IMG/VR virus record: IMGVR_UViG_3300043775_001731
DNA: 64,000 nucleotides
Source: a virus
Reading direction: 5' to 3' (one strand)
In this document: positions 27,718-39,326 of the stretch, one piece after another
Position numbering within the stretch: position 1 is the first letter of the stretch
Layout of the letters: each line of letters starts with the position of its first letter
Translations under genes and position numbers: made by a program
Notes under the pieces: generated by a model
What the model saw: only the letters and a program-made list of their open reading frames with translations
Databases searched by the model: none
Told to the model about the DNA's origin: nothing

Positions 27718-28763
27718 GTCAAATTCCTCAAATATTTATGTTTTAGCATCTTTATTTATAGATATAAGGGGCAAAACGCCCCAAATCTCAAGGGGATAAA
27801 ATACTATGATTACAAAGAAAGAATTCTTCTTATACATGAGTGAACTGTATGAGGAACCATATACTGATAGTGACTCTTATAGAGCCTATAAAGAAATAGT
27901 AAATTGCACTGATAAATCAAAATTAAGAGAATTACGCCCACTTCCCAAGATGAAGACTAAGGAAAGGCTAGCATATAGACACGCCCTTGCTGCTAATGGT
28001 AAGGAATTGACCCCTAGACAACTAGATCAGTACCTTAGTATGATAGAACTGGCTCTGTCTAATATAGAGTAGTATATATACCATATACATATACATATAT
28101 ACCAATAGACCCATATAGCCCCCTAAAGGTTACTGTGGGTCTTACTCTTTATATACCTTCTACACTCTACCCTAGTACCCATAGACTCTAGAAAAATAGG
28201 CATATATGAAAATTTATTATTTATGTGAATTATCCACGTTCAAATCAAAATTATGGGTAGCAATATGTAGTGTGTTATTACTCTTATGTATATGGTTTGT
28301 AGTATGTATATTATATATATGTTTTTATGGTGTTAAACGTATCTGTAGGTATATGCTTTAACATCCCAGAATAGCATCCTTTTTGAGTGTATATTACTTA
28401 TGTAATGATGGAAAAGTACCCACAGAAAACCATCGAAAAAAATACTAAAAGGGATTAAAACCCACAATTGGGAGAAAAAAATGAGCGACATCAAACAAGA
28501 AATGGATCAAGTAATACAACAATTAGAGAGCCAAGGCATCAGTCCTAATAGTCATGTAGTTAATAATGTAGTAGGTTTGGGCGATGTTGTTGAAGGAGCA
28601 TTAAAATCAGTAGGAATTACTGAAGAGCGATTTAAGGAATGGTTTAACTTGCAAGAGTGTAATTGTAGTAAAAGAAAAGCTTGGCTAAATAGTTTGTTTA
28701 GTTGGAAGAAGAATCAATCATGACATTTCAAATAAATTAGGAAAGTTAAAAAGGAAAAAACGA

Positions 28764-29312
28764 ATGAAAATTGATCCAATAGATTACTTTTTTGAACAAG
28801 GTAATTACATAACAGAAAGAGCTATAGAAGTACCAATAGGAAGAAAATGGGCAGAAAATAAAATAAATTTAATAGAAATAGGGGCTGTTCTTCCATCATA
28901 CTACAATGACATAAAACATGACGTTGTTGATCCGTTTGATGAGAAAGCTAATATAAAGAAGTATTTACATGAAGTAGATATAAATAACAAAAATGTATTA
29001 TCACTGTCTACAGTGGAGCATATAGGATTGGATGATTATGGCAGTTCATATATAAATGAAAATGGGGCCATTGAATCAATTCAAAGAATTTTATCAGAAT
29101 CTAATTCATGCTTAATAAGCGTTCCAATAGGATATAATCCTAAAATGGATGATTGGATAAGAACAAATCATAGTAATATGAATACATTTGCATATCAAAA
29201 AACTTCACAAAATCCACTAATATGGAACTATGAAAGTCCTGCGGTTAACTTTAATTTTCAGTACAATACTCCGTTCTTGTTTGCAAATATGGTTCTTTTC
29301 ATTTACAAGTAA
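28764..29312 (+). CDS. SAM-methyltransferase-like protein (DUF268-like)
   Basis: ERAIEVP, LIEIGAV, LSLSTVEHIGLDDYG, ISVPIG. Confidence 0.6.
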   Translation: MKIDPIDYFFEQGNYITERAIEVPIGRKWAENKINLIEIGAVLPSYYNDIKHDVVDPFDEKANIKKYLHEVDINNKNVLSLSTVEHIGLDDYGSSYINENGAIESIQRILSESNSCLISVPIGYNPKMDDWIRTNHSNMNTFAYQKTSQNPLIWNYESPAVNFNFQYNTPFLFANMVLFIYK

Positions 29313-29365
29313 GAAAAACTCAAGGTTGACAATGCCTCTGGTCGAAGTATAATAGGGTAGACACA

Positions 29366-29971
29366 CTAGATAATTTTGTCAGACTTACTAATATTATCCT
29401 TGGCCCACAATGGCTGCAAGTTAGAATAATGAAAACATAATTTTTGTTGTTCTAGATTTGTTAGATCAAAACTAGAACATGGTTTTATATGATCTATGTG
29501 CCATTGTCCATAATTATCCCAGTTCATACCATCTATAAATTTAGATTCCATATATTTTAAAAAATCATATGTAGAACATCCTAACAGTTCTAATGTACTA
29601 GAACTTTTGCAGTCTCTAGTTATTGTTTGGTTGACTCTTCTACGTAAATTTTTTTTAATTTTATATTCAATATCATTTTTACGTCTATTACGTTCATTTT
29701 CGTTTATTTTATACTTATTTTTACGACACCAATTTATTTTTTGATTTGTCACTTTTTCAGCATTATTTTTTCTCCAATTTTTCATATACTCTGGATTATT
29801 ATTACGAAATTCTAAAGTTTTATTCTTTAATTTATCTGCATTTTTAATATAATAATTTTTATGGTATTGAGACGCACATACTTTGCATCTATATGTTGGT
29901 TTATGATTTCTTTTTTCAAAATGATCAACAGACTTTTCTACTTGACAAACTGAACAAACTTTATTATACAT
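29366..29971 (-). CDS. HNH endonuclease (homing type)
   Basis: CSVC/CKVC; WDNYGQWHIDHIKP...FHYSNLQPLWAKDNISK. Confidence 0.85.
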   Translation of the reverse strand: MYNKVCSVCQVEKSVDHFEKRNHKPTYRCKVCASQYHKNYYIKNADKLKNKTLEFRNNNPEYMKNWRKNNAEKVTNQKINWCRKNKYKINENERNRRKNDIEYKIKKNLRRRVNQTITRDCKSSSTLELLGCSTYDFLKYMESKFIDGMNWDNYGQWHIDHIKPCSSFDLTNLEQQKLCFHYSNLQPLWAKDNISKSDKII

Positions 29972-30018
29972 GATACTCTCCTAGAACACATTAAATTACA
30001 CTAACCTATACACAAATT

Positions 30019-30930
30019 ATGAATAAAATTGGTCTTTGCTGTATATCTTTAAATGTCAAAAATTTAGGATATTCATTTCAAACTATGACATATAAAAGAT
30101 TTTCATCTTTACCAAAAGACGAAGCTCTTTCTATTCTTGGCGAAAGAATACTCAATAACATGATAACTACAAATAAAACAATAGAATATTGTGCTAATAA
30201 TAATCTTACTTATAGGTTAAGTAGCGACTTATTTCCATTAATTACATATGATAAAGCAGATATATATTTAGAAAATCTACCAAATTATGACGATATTCAA
30301 GATGAGTTTGATTCAATAGCTAATACAATATCGCAAAATCAAGTAAGGATATCTTTACATCCATCTGAGTATAATAGTCTAGCAAGTTTGTCTAAAGATG
30401 TAGCAAACAAAACAATTACAGAACTTAATTTTTATTCATCTTTCATGGATCGTATAGGATGCCCAGCAGACTACCGATCACCCATGAATTTACACGTACA
30501 CAACAAAACGGGCGATTATGAGTCTATTATATCTAGATTTACTAACAGTTTTAATCTTCTTGATCCCAATTGCCGTAGCAGGCTTGTCATCGAAAACGAT
30601 GATAAAGTAAATTGCTGGAGTGTACGTGAACTTACCTCTATATTCCATTCTAAAACCAACATACCCATTACATTCGACTACTTACATCATGCCTGCCATC
30701 CAGACGGTTTATCAGAGGAAGAGGCTATAAACGCTTGCTATGCAACGTGGGGCGACTATAAACCCCTGTTCCACTACAGCGAAAGCCGTCCCGGTAATAA
30801 CCCAAGAGCACACGCTGATTACGCAAATAATTCTTTTAACACTTATGGATTAGATTTTGATCTTGACTTTGAACTCAAGATGAAGGATAATGCAATATCT
30901 CGTTACACTAACAATTTGATAGGTGCATAA
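30019..30930 (+). CDS. uvsE: UV-damage endonuclease
   Basis: YRLSSDLFP, RISLHPSEY, LVIENDD, PITFDYLHH, PLFHYSE, RAHADY, FELKMKD. Confidence 0.9.
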   Translation: MNKIGLCCISLNVKNLGYSFQTMTYKRFSSLPKDEALSILGERILNNMITTNKTIEYCANNNLTYRLSSDLFPLITYDKADIYLENLPNYDDIQDEFDSIANTISQNQVRISLHPSEYNSLASLSKDVANKTITELNFYSSFMDRIGCPADYRSPMNLHVHNKTGDYESIISRFTNSFNLLDPNCRSRLVIENDDKVNCWSVRELTSIFHSKTNIPITFDYLHHACHPDGLSEEEAINACYATWGDYKPLFHYSESRPGNNPRAHADYANNSFNTYGLDFDLDFELKMKDNAISRYTNNLIGA

Positions 30931-31579
30931 TGGAAGACCCACTAGTTAGAATTAAACACTTAAAAAAGACAGCAAAGCATATTGGCAAAGACGTTGCCAG
31001 AAATAGAGAAATACCATTAGATCAACTTACTGGCTTTATAAAGCCAAGTGAGATAGTATCTATTATAAAACAACACGCCATTGAAAGAGATGGAGATTAC
31101 TTATTAAATACTAAGCTTTTACAAAAGATATTTACTGATGTAAATGATTGGGTTTTAGGGGTTCATTTATCTAAAATGGCTTCTAAAGATTTAATTGACA
31201 CTTATTGGGATACTGATTTAAATTGTATGACTTTTGCAGCAAAGGATAATAAAAATGGCAAGAAAACTATTTAAGGCCCGCCAGCATGAATCTGGCACAA
31301 TTGTAACAACCAAAACACCATATGGTAGCGATTCATCTATGATCGTTGATCCATCAAAATACAAAACAATTTCAATTAATGCAGATGAAGTAGTCTGCAA
31401 GGATGATCGTGGATTTTACGTAACAAAAAAGAATCGTATAGACAGTGGAATGGCCGACCCTAACCGTTATAGTAGTTATAAATCTAGGGTTGACCTTGAA
31501 GAACCGGTAGAAGAAACTTCAAGTACTTGACACAAGGAAGACGATACTGTATAATACGTTCAATCGCAAAGGAGTTATG

Positions 31580-31750
31580 ATGACTTGGCGAGAACTGATG
31601 AAATTTATAGCAGATCAAGATACAGAAACACTAGATGAAGAAGTTAAAATATATGATTACGAAGATGGAAAAGAACACGAAGCAGAAATAACGGAATTAC
31701 TGCAAGACGGTTGGACTCCATATTTAGCAATCAACAACATAGAGGAATAA
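31580..31750 (+). CDS. small acidic protein (paralog 1)
   Basis: MTWRELMKFI...; promoter at 31527. Confidence 0.6.
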   Translation: MTWRELMKFIADQDTETLDEEVKIYDYEDGKEHEAEITELLQDGWTPYLAINNIEE

Positions 31751-31754
31751 AACA

Positions 31755-31934
31755 ATGACTTGGGGCGAAATAAAAGAATATATTGACAAACACCCTAACA
31801 TACACGGCGATGTTGCGTATGTTTATGATTTTGCTAATGGATCAGAATATGAGGCGGGTATTGATGAATTCAAGGTTAACGATAAGGAATGGTTTCCTAG
31901 TATAACTATTAATGAGTCAGCTTTGGAGGAATAA
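31755..31934 (+). CDS. small acidic protein (paralog 2)
   Basis: MTWGEIKEYI...; GAGG RBS. Confidence 0.6.
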   Translation: MTWGEIKEYIDKHPNIHGDVAYVYDFANGSEYEAGIDEFKVNDKEWFPSITINESALEE

Positions 31935-32881
31935 TATGAAGATTGCAAATAAGAAAAGAAAGCAAGTATCTGTAGAATTCCTTGAACATATCAAGAATAC
32001 AGTTAATGATATGCTTTCAACCAGAATTCCTCAGTCAACTAAGCAGAAGCTTTGTATATTGGTAGAGAAGATGCTTATGGAAACTAAAAGTTATGAGGGT
32101 TTCAAGTATCTTTATTGGAGTAGATTTGGTTGTCTTGATTGGGAAGAGGCAAAGCAAAAGGGAGTTTACAAGCATGTTCCGCAGGAATATATTCTTGGGC
32201 CAGATGCTACTGACAATCCCGACTTTATTAGTGATATACAGGGTGAATATTCTAGGCGTTATACATGATCAAGTTAGGTTCATTAATAATCATTAGTTCC
32301 ACAATACCGACTGTTGATTACAGTCCACCAGCTAAATATGTGCCTGACAATGATTATTCTGAAACCATTAGAATGTATTACCCACAATTAATTAAAGAAG
32401 ATGATTTGACAGATTTACTTTATGAAACTTTAATACAAGAAATAGAAAGAGGACAACATGGACCGCTTTAAGCTTGAAGACAAGATAACTGCTATGAATG
32501 ATATTGCTGAAGAACTAAACCTTCTAGCAAGATTAGTATTAGAACATGATCTAGACCGTGATGATATTGCTAGCACACTCTTTGGTATCAGAGTATTGCA
32601 TGAGGGGAGACAGGCTGAATTATTTGATACATTTACTCAGACATTTAAGTTAGATCAGTATTCAGATTCATTCTATGCTTATGCTGAAGATACTAATCCT
32701 TCAGTTGATCTAGACTTTAATGGCATTAGAAGTTGTTGTCGTAAAAGTTGTGGTAATGACTGATTCTAACGATTGTGAACAAAGTTTGCCAATATTGGAT
32801 TTGCAGATAAACACTGACTGTCCAATATTTGGCGAACTATATTTAGATCTTTTCCCAGAATGGTATGATGTGGAGTAAAAT

Positions 32882-33322
32882 ATGGATCAAGAACTACAAA
32901 ATCAACTGTTTGAAAAGTATCCAGAACTTTTTTCTAATAAAAACCTTGGAATAAAAAATAGTTGCATGGCATGGGGAATAGAATGTGGAAATGGTTGGTT
33001 TGATATTATTTCTCCTCTTTGTTTTATGATTAAGAATCACGAAAATAATATTGTTTGGCAGACAAAATATAAACAAAAAACTGAACCAGAATACAAAAAC
33101 GATTGTATTCCTGTAAAGTTCGATCAAATCAAAGAAAAATTTGGCGGTCTTAGAATATACTTTAGTGGCGGGGATGATTATGTTGAAGGATTAGTTTCTA
33201 TGGCAGAGGCTATGAGTTATAAGATTTGTGAAGTTTGTGGAGACAGAGGAAGTCCAAATGAAAATGGTTGGATTAGCACTCTTTGTGATTCATGTAGGAG
33301 TAAAAATGAACAAGGACTCTAA
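32882..33322 (+). CDS. conserved-looking phage hypothetical protein
   Basis: GIECGNGW, QIKEKFGGLRIY, CEVCG...LC. Confidence 0.7.
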   Translation: MDQELQNQLFEKYPELFSNKNLGIKNSCMAWGIECGNGWFDIISPLCFMIKNHENNIVWQTKYKQKTEPEYKNDCIPVKFDQIKEKFGGLRIYFSGGDDYVEGLVSMAEAMSYKICEVCGDRGSPNENGWISTLCDSCRSKNEQGL

Positions 33323-33502
33323 CCCTATAGACTATTTGATTGAATGTTGCGAGAATTCTATTAGCACAGGATACTGGACTATAACTAATTTCAATGTCTT
33401 AAATGCCAAAGATGAACTAAAAAGATTAAGATCTAATGAAGAAGAACTAAAGAAGCTACTTGACAAGAGCCGATGATAGTGGTATGATGAAGAAGTGAAC
33501 AC

Positions 33503-33771
33503 GGGAGTATAGCCCAACGGCAGAGGCAAAGGACTTATACAATTTGAGTGCATAAAAGGAAACTTTTAATGTAGAACCTGTCAAATTCGGTGAAGGCTTA
33601 ACTGCTAATACCGAGCCAAGCATAGAAATATGAAGGTGTAGAGACTTAACGGCAGGAACCTAAAACGAAAGTTATGGTTAAGATAAAGTCCAGACTACAA
33701 ACAGAAATGGTAGTGAAAACTATAGTAGTAAGAAAATCCTTAAAGTGTCGGTTCGAATCCGACTACTCCTA
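33503..33771 (+). tRNA. tRNA-Leu(UAA) interrupted by a group I intron
   Basis: exon 1 33503-33536 (...AAGGACTT) + exon 2 33733-33771 (AAAATCCTT...GTTCGAAT...) rebuilds loop CTTAAAA. Confidence 0.9.
33537..33732 (+). ncRNA. group I intron (IC3-like), 196 nt, ORF-less
   Basis: AAATTCGGTGAA/AATACCGAGC (P4), GTGTAGAGACT/AAGATAAAGTCC (P7), CCTGTC/GGCAGG (P3); U-G 5' splice site; terminal G. Confidence 0.9.
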
Positions 33772-34278
33772 TTTATTTTTAGCACGATAGTTATCAGTTA
33801 AAGCATGACAATTAGGACACAATAACTCTAAATTTGACAGTTCATTATTCAAATGATTACCATCTTTATGATGTAACTCAATTGGAATAAGTTGATTAAG
33901 CCAAGTTTTTTGTTTACAATTATTGCATTTATGTTCCAAAATATTTTCTTTTATGAGCCTACGTTTCAGTTTCCAACTTTGTATTCCAGCTTTATTAGAA
34001 AGATAATCTTCTATTGGACGTTTAGGACCAATTATTTTACCTCTATTCCAACCCTGTAGTGTAAAATGAGAGATGTCAATATTATGCAATTCAATATGTT
34101 TTTTAAGACAAGCATAGTTACCCCCTGCTGCAACTATATTCATTTTTTCTAAACATTGTCTATAACTATAAGATTCTGCACAAATTTTTGATAATACTTC
34201 TTTTGTATAATGATGTTTGAGATTCATGATTAACTCCTTGACATTCCATAAGGTAGACGCTATAATACAATACACCAA
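33769..34278 (-). CDS. free-standing HNH endonuclease
   Basis: CNNC...ELHHKDGNHLNNELSNLELLCPNCH. Confidence 0.9.
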   Translation of the reverse strand: MVYCIIASTLWNVKELIMNLKHHYTKEVLSKICAESYSYRQCLEKMNIVAAGGNYACLKKHIELHNIDISHFTLQGWNRGKIIGPKRPIEDYLSNKAGIQSWKLKRRLIKENILEHKCNNCKQKTWLNQLIPIELHHKDGNHLNNELSNLELLCPNCHALTDNYRAKNK

Positions 34279-34298
34279 AACGTTTTAAGTTTTGATTT

Positions 34299-34370
34299 GG
34301 CCCCATAGTTAAACGGATATAACAACTTTCTTCTAAAAAGTGATTAGGGGTTCAATTCCTCTTGGGGCTA
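34299..34370 (+). tRNA. tRNA-Arg(UCU)
   Basis: ACTTT-CTTCTAA-AAAGT. Confidence 0.92.
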
Positions 34371-35949
34371 CTATTGATAACTATTTGGAGAAAAATAATG
34401 ACTAACGAACTCAAGGATAGAATCAAAAACTTTATTGTTAGTTGGGATAATACTATTGATGATGAGACTATGGGATTGGCCGATTATGATTTATTTTTAG
34501 AAACGGCTATTAGTCTGTTAGAAGAAACTATTGGAGAATAACTAATGGAACAAGATGAAATAGGTCGCATGGATATTTGTAGACATTTGCTTCCTCCTCC
34601 TGGTGATGAAGTTGTTGGACAATTAATTGCAGAGATTCGTAGACTAAAAGAACGAGAAGTGTTATGGGAACAATGTGCTGATAAAACAATGCTAGTATAT
34701 GGCGGTTGTTATCGACCAACTGATTTGGAGAATAAGTAATTATGGATTGGACTATAATACATAAAGTAGTAATAGTCTATTTTAGCACTGCTATTTTTAT
34801 ATGTTCTCTTTTAGTTTGGAGCGATCCTTTGATTAATATGCTATCTGTTGGATTTTTGTTAGGATTTGTATGGAACGAAACTTTTTTTGCAGGGAAAAGA
34901 AATGATGATTGAACGAGAGCCTATGGCATGGGCCGTTATGCAACCAGATTCTTATTCTGTTTTTGTATCATATCATCAAGCAGTTGCTCATCGAAATAAC
35001 TGTTCTGATGGACATATTATTCCATTGTGGGCGAATCCTAAAGACAACCCTGTGATTTTAAGACCCACTAAAGAACAGAAAGAAAATTTTATGAAAGTCT
35101 TTGAGGAAAAGAAATGAAACTAACTAAAGAGGATATTATAGTATACTCACTATTGATTTTGGGATTTTTGTTTTTTGTAGTAATTGTGCCAATAGGTTTG
35201 AGTAGTATGATTTGTGAATATTTGGAGAATAACTAATGATAACTATACCTCGTTGGGAATATTATCTTCTTTATTTTATTGCATTTATGCAATGTCTAAA
35301 ATTTATAGATAGGATAGTTGAGTATAACAAATGAATCGTCTACAACAAGCCACCAAAACTTGGATAGAATCTGTGCAGAAATATTATGAGAATACTCCTC
35401 GTAATGAATTGACCCAAATTTATATGAGGGGATATTTTAGTGGTTGGAGTGAGCGGGAGATATTGGGATTGGCCGAAAAACTACTAAAGAATGAACAAGA
35501 CTATCCTTTGTATAGAGAGAATGAAGAATGAACGATAAACTCAGAAAAGATGTTCAAGAGTTCTTGCTTGATTATGAAGAAAGACTTTTTATGTTAGGAC
35601 TTCTTAATGGTGGTAATATAGAACATACTCTTGCTGATGATTTGAAAACAACCAATTCCTTATTGGAAACTGCTGTTAATCTTTTGAGACAGTGTGTTGT
35701 TGATGACAATAAGATTGTTCCTCAAGAATGAACTATTTTCCTAACTTATAAAATAAGAAAATAATCCTACACCTGTAGAAAAAATTAGTGTGTCTGAAAA
35801 AGGTTAGGGGCTATAATAATTTAGATGCGGTGGGAATCTGCCGCTTAAACATCTTTCGATGTTACTACGAAGCCTGAGTTAGCTGTGGTGGAACTACGGA
35901 GAACAAAGGAATCATAGAAAGGTATCTAACTTTTTCTATGAGGTGATTT

Positions 35950-36195
35950 ATGAAGACTAAAGTTTTAACAGAACAGAATAGGACTGAGTTTCAACGTAAG
36001 TATATCGACCATATTTTAGGATCTTTAAACTTTATGGAGATTAAAGATAGACTAAGAGATTATCTAGAGGTCGAGAAAGATCATTCTTCCGTTTCTGCGT
36101 TAGAGGCAGAGATTAGACACGAAGCACCAGATGTGCTAGTGGATAATTGGGAAGACATGAAAGGCCCAGCCACTTTAACAAAGAGTGGGAGGTAA
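35950..36195 (+). CDS. hypothetical protein (paralog of next gene)
   Basis: GAGGTG RBS. Confidence 0.65.
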   Translation: MKTKVLTEQNRTEFQRKYIDHILGSLNFMEIKDRLRDYLEVEKDHSSVSALEAEIRHEAPDVLVDNWEDMKGPATLTKSGR

Positions 36196-36197
36196 TC

Positions 36198-36461
36198 ATG
36201 AAACGTATAATGACAATTACGGAAGATAATAAACCCTATGTTGTTAGAAGGTATACAGACTACATTACAAGTAGAATGGATAACCTAGAGCTACTAGAAG
36301 AATTTAAAGATTACTTCTTCAAGGAGAAAATCAACTATCCAGTTGATACTCTACAAAGTGAAATCAATAAATTCTGTCCAGAAGTTTTAGAAGATCATAT
36401 TGTAGAATCTGTAGTGGGAAAAGGATCAGAATTTTCTCGTAAGGCCCGACAAACTATATAA
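36198..36461 (+). CDS. hypothetical protein (paralog of previous gene)
   Basis: GGAGGT RBS. Confidence 0.65.
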   Translation: MKRIMTITEDNKPYVVRRYTDYITSRMDNLELLEEFKDYFFKEKINYPVDTLQSEINKFCPEVLEDHIVESVVGKGSEFSRKARQTI

Positions 36462-36809
36462 TCATAAATAAAGAGAGGTGTATCATGGCTAAAATATTTG
36501 ACAGAGTTGTAAAATTTCATGTTCAAGGTGAAATCTACGGTGATGATAACGTTGATCCAAATAGCGTAATCAATAACTATACTTGGACACAAAAAGACGT
36601 TGAAGGAGAAATCCATATTATTGGTCGCCACAAAGACAATCGTGGTAGAATCAACAAGATGGTAAAATTGTCAAAGGTTAGTCCTTGGCTTAGACCAAAA
36701 GGCGAACTCTTTGTTCAATTATAATTGTTGAATATGGTAGGGCGGGATAATTTAACCATTGGCCCGCCTTACCTATTCTTTTGTTTTAATTTCTAATTAA
36801 GGAGAATTT

Positions 36810-37019
36810 ATGAAGAATCTAATTTGTGCGGTTGCAATTGTTCTTGGGTCTGCTACACTTGCTAGTGCAGATTGTTGCAGCGGGTCATGTTCGACTAATC
36901 CAGTTAGGAAGGCTGGATCAACGGTTGTGAGCGTAACAAAGCGTGTTCTAACAGCACCATTTCGTATTGTAAAGAAGGCTAGGCAGAGTCGCCAGTGCGG
37001 CAGCAGTTGCTGTAACTGA
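36810..37019 (+). CDS. small secreted Cys-rich peptide
   Basis: signal peptide ending ASA; CC..C and C..CC ends. Confidence 0.65.
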   Translation: MKNLICAVAIVLGSATLASADCCSGSCSTNPVRKAGSTVVSVTKRVLTAPFRIVKKARQSRQCGSSCCN

Positions 37020-39326
37020 ATTTAGTGAGATTGCCTAGCCAATGAAGTTTTTAGTAGTTGGCTAGGTATCTCATTATGACACTATTTCGCACCATAGTCC
37101 TTGAATATGACTTAATAGAAATTCACTATAACAAAAAATTAAAAAACAAACCTTATCTTGTGAGAGTTTTCAGTTATAATAATAGCGATCCACATGAACT
37201 GAGAATAGATATTAGTGAGCTTAAAGATCTATATAAAATATTGAAACAGCACAAAATTTTATGAAAAACCTAGTCTTGACAGAAGACGAGATAGATGTTA
37301 TACTTTGGTTAATTGAAGATAGCTTTGATGATATACACGGTGGCCCGGAAGGTCTTTCCGAATGCATGAAGATCGAATTAGAAGTTATGAATGATCTTAA
37401 GAAAAAACTAGAAAAACTACTATGATAAAACATTTTCCTATTAACGATATAAATAAGATTGTAGAGCATTATTCTCAAAGAGATGGTGTTCCTATTAAAT
37501 ATGTTTGCACTACTGATATAAATAGCGATGACAATCCAGCAGATATATTTTATAGGGAAACTCCACATCCAGATTTTGGTAACAGATATTTTTCATTAAG
37601 ACCGCATTATGGAAAAGCTTACATTAGTAATGCTGATGGCGTAGAATCACTAACTTTTGGCATGATAGAAGACGATGATGGTAATTTACAATATTCTCAA
37701 TTCCATCACGATTATAAAGCATTTGATAATGGTAATATGATTGATGGTGGACGAAAATATGTTAGATCATCCGGCAAGCCTATTTATTATGTTGTTCGTA
37801 ATGGAGAGTTGACAACTGACAATACGGTGGTATAATGACTTTTAATGAATGGCTAGAAGAAGTCGAATCATTTTCTTTACGAATGGAGAGAATATACGAT
37901 GATCTTGTAAAATGCCCCAAAGATCCTGTGGATAATTGGTTACAAATAAAAGATTGGCTAAAAGCAGCATATGACGAAGGATACAATCAAGGTATTAATA
38001 TAAATGAATCAGAAACAAAAAGATAGAATACTTGAGATTATCAAACTGTGTAGTGAAAAAGTTCAAGATCAAAAAGATCACGAATCTTCTGCTGGATATG
38101 GTGAAGATTATACTGATGGTAGAATTGTCGGCGGCGCTGCGTTAGCCCGACGAATATTAGATATATTAAAGGGGTTTCAAATTTAACAAAAAGGAATATT
38201 ATGAACAGTCGAAATTATTTTATTGTTGCCGCATTTGCTAGTTTTGTTTTTAGTGTTACACTATGGTTTGCAGGAGATAGTGACCTTAATAGGCAACAGG
38301 CACTATTCGTAGGATTGTGGGTTCCAAGTATACTTTCTTTAGGAAATTTATTCAAATGAACAATTTTACCATATTTATCGTGGGTATAGTAGTAACTCTC
38401 ATAACTGGTATGGGGGTTATTACTAGCCAAGTATTTATGGGCTATAAAAAGCCAAAGATTCATCAACAGGACGTTAAATATGATGTTGTCAGCAAGTCTG
38501 CTTAAAATATTTGAAGTATGTTGTGGCATATTATTGGCACGATCTATACTTTACATAGTAAGTAAAGTTAAAAGATGAAAACATACAAAGAAGAAATTAG
38601 AAAAGCAATTGATAATGTCATTTGCGATTGCTGTGGTCAATCTTGTGATACCATAAATATGGGGCCATCATGGGCTAGTCTTGGTGCTACTTGGGGTTAT
38701 GGTTGCAAGGATGATGGTATGGAGTATGATATTGATTTGTGTGAAGATTGTTTTACTGAAGTATTACATTTTATCAAAGATAAAAAACGAAAAGTTTTAG
38801 GGGGATTCAATTACCCATATGATCATGATCCTTTAAATGGAAAGAGATATTTCCCATGAATGATTTTTCTTACATAACCGCACTAACAATCTTTGTTACT
38901 TATGTTGCAATTGATATGTTATACGCTTGGTACATTATGAGCGTTAACAAAAAGCGGGCCTTTACAGCAGCAGTTTTGACTAGTATAATCTACAGTCTAC
39001 TGGCATTTGGCGTAGTATCATATAGTAAGAACATTTATTACTTAATCCCGCTAGCGTCTGGAGCGTTTCTTGGTACATATTTAATGGTTAAATTTAAGGA
39101 ATAATATGAAAGCTACATTTGAATTTGATCTTCCAGAAGATCAGCGTGAGTATGACGTAATGAATCAAGCAATCCGTATGCAAAAAGTATTATGGGATTT
39201 AAGCGAAGCATTACGCACATGGGAAAAATATGGTGATCCATTTACAGATGCCCGTGATGCTGTAGTCAAAATAAGAGAAGAGTTTTACAGAATACTTAAC
39301 AATTATGAAGTGAATATTGATCTATA

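Noticed and set aside
38535-38550. Additional TGGCAC hits (also 11421 and 15640) as sigma54 promoters
   Set aside because: They lack the GC at the -12 position.
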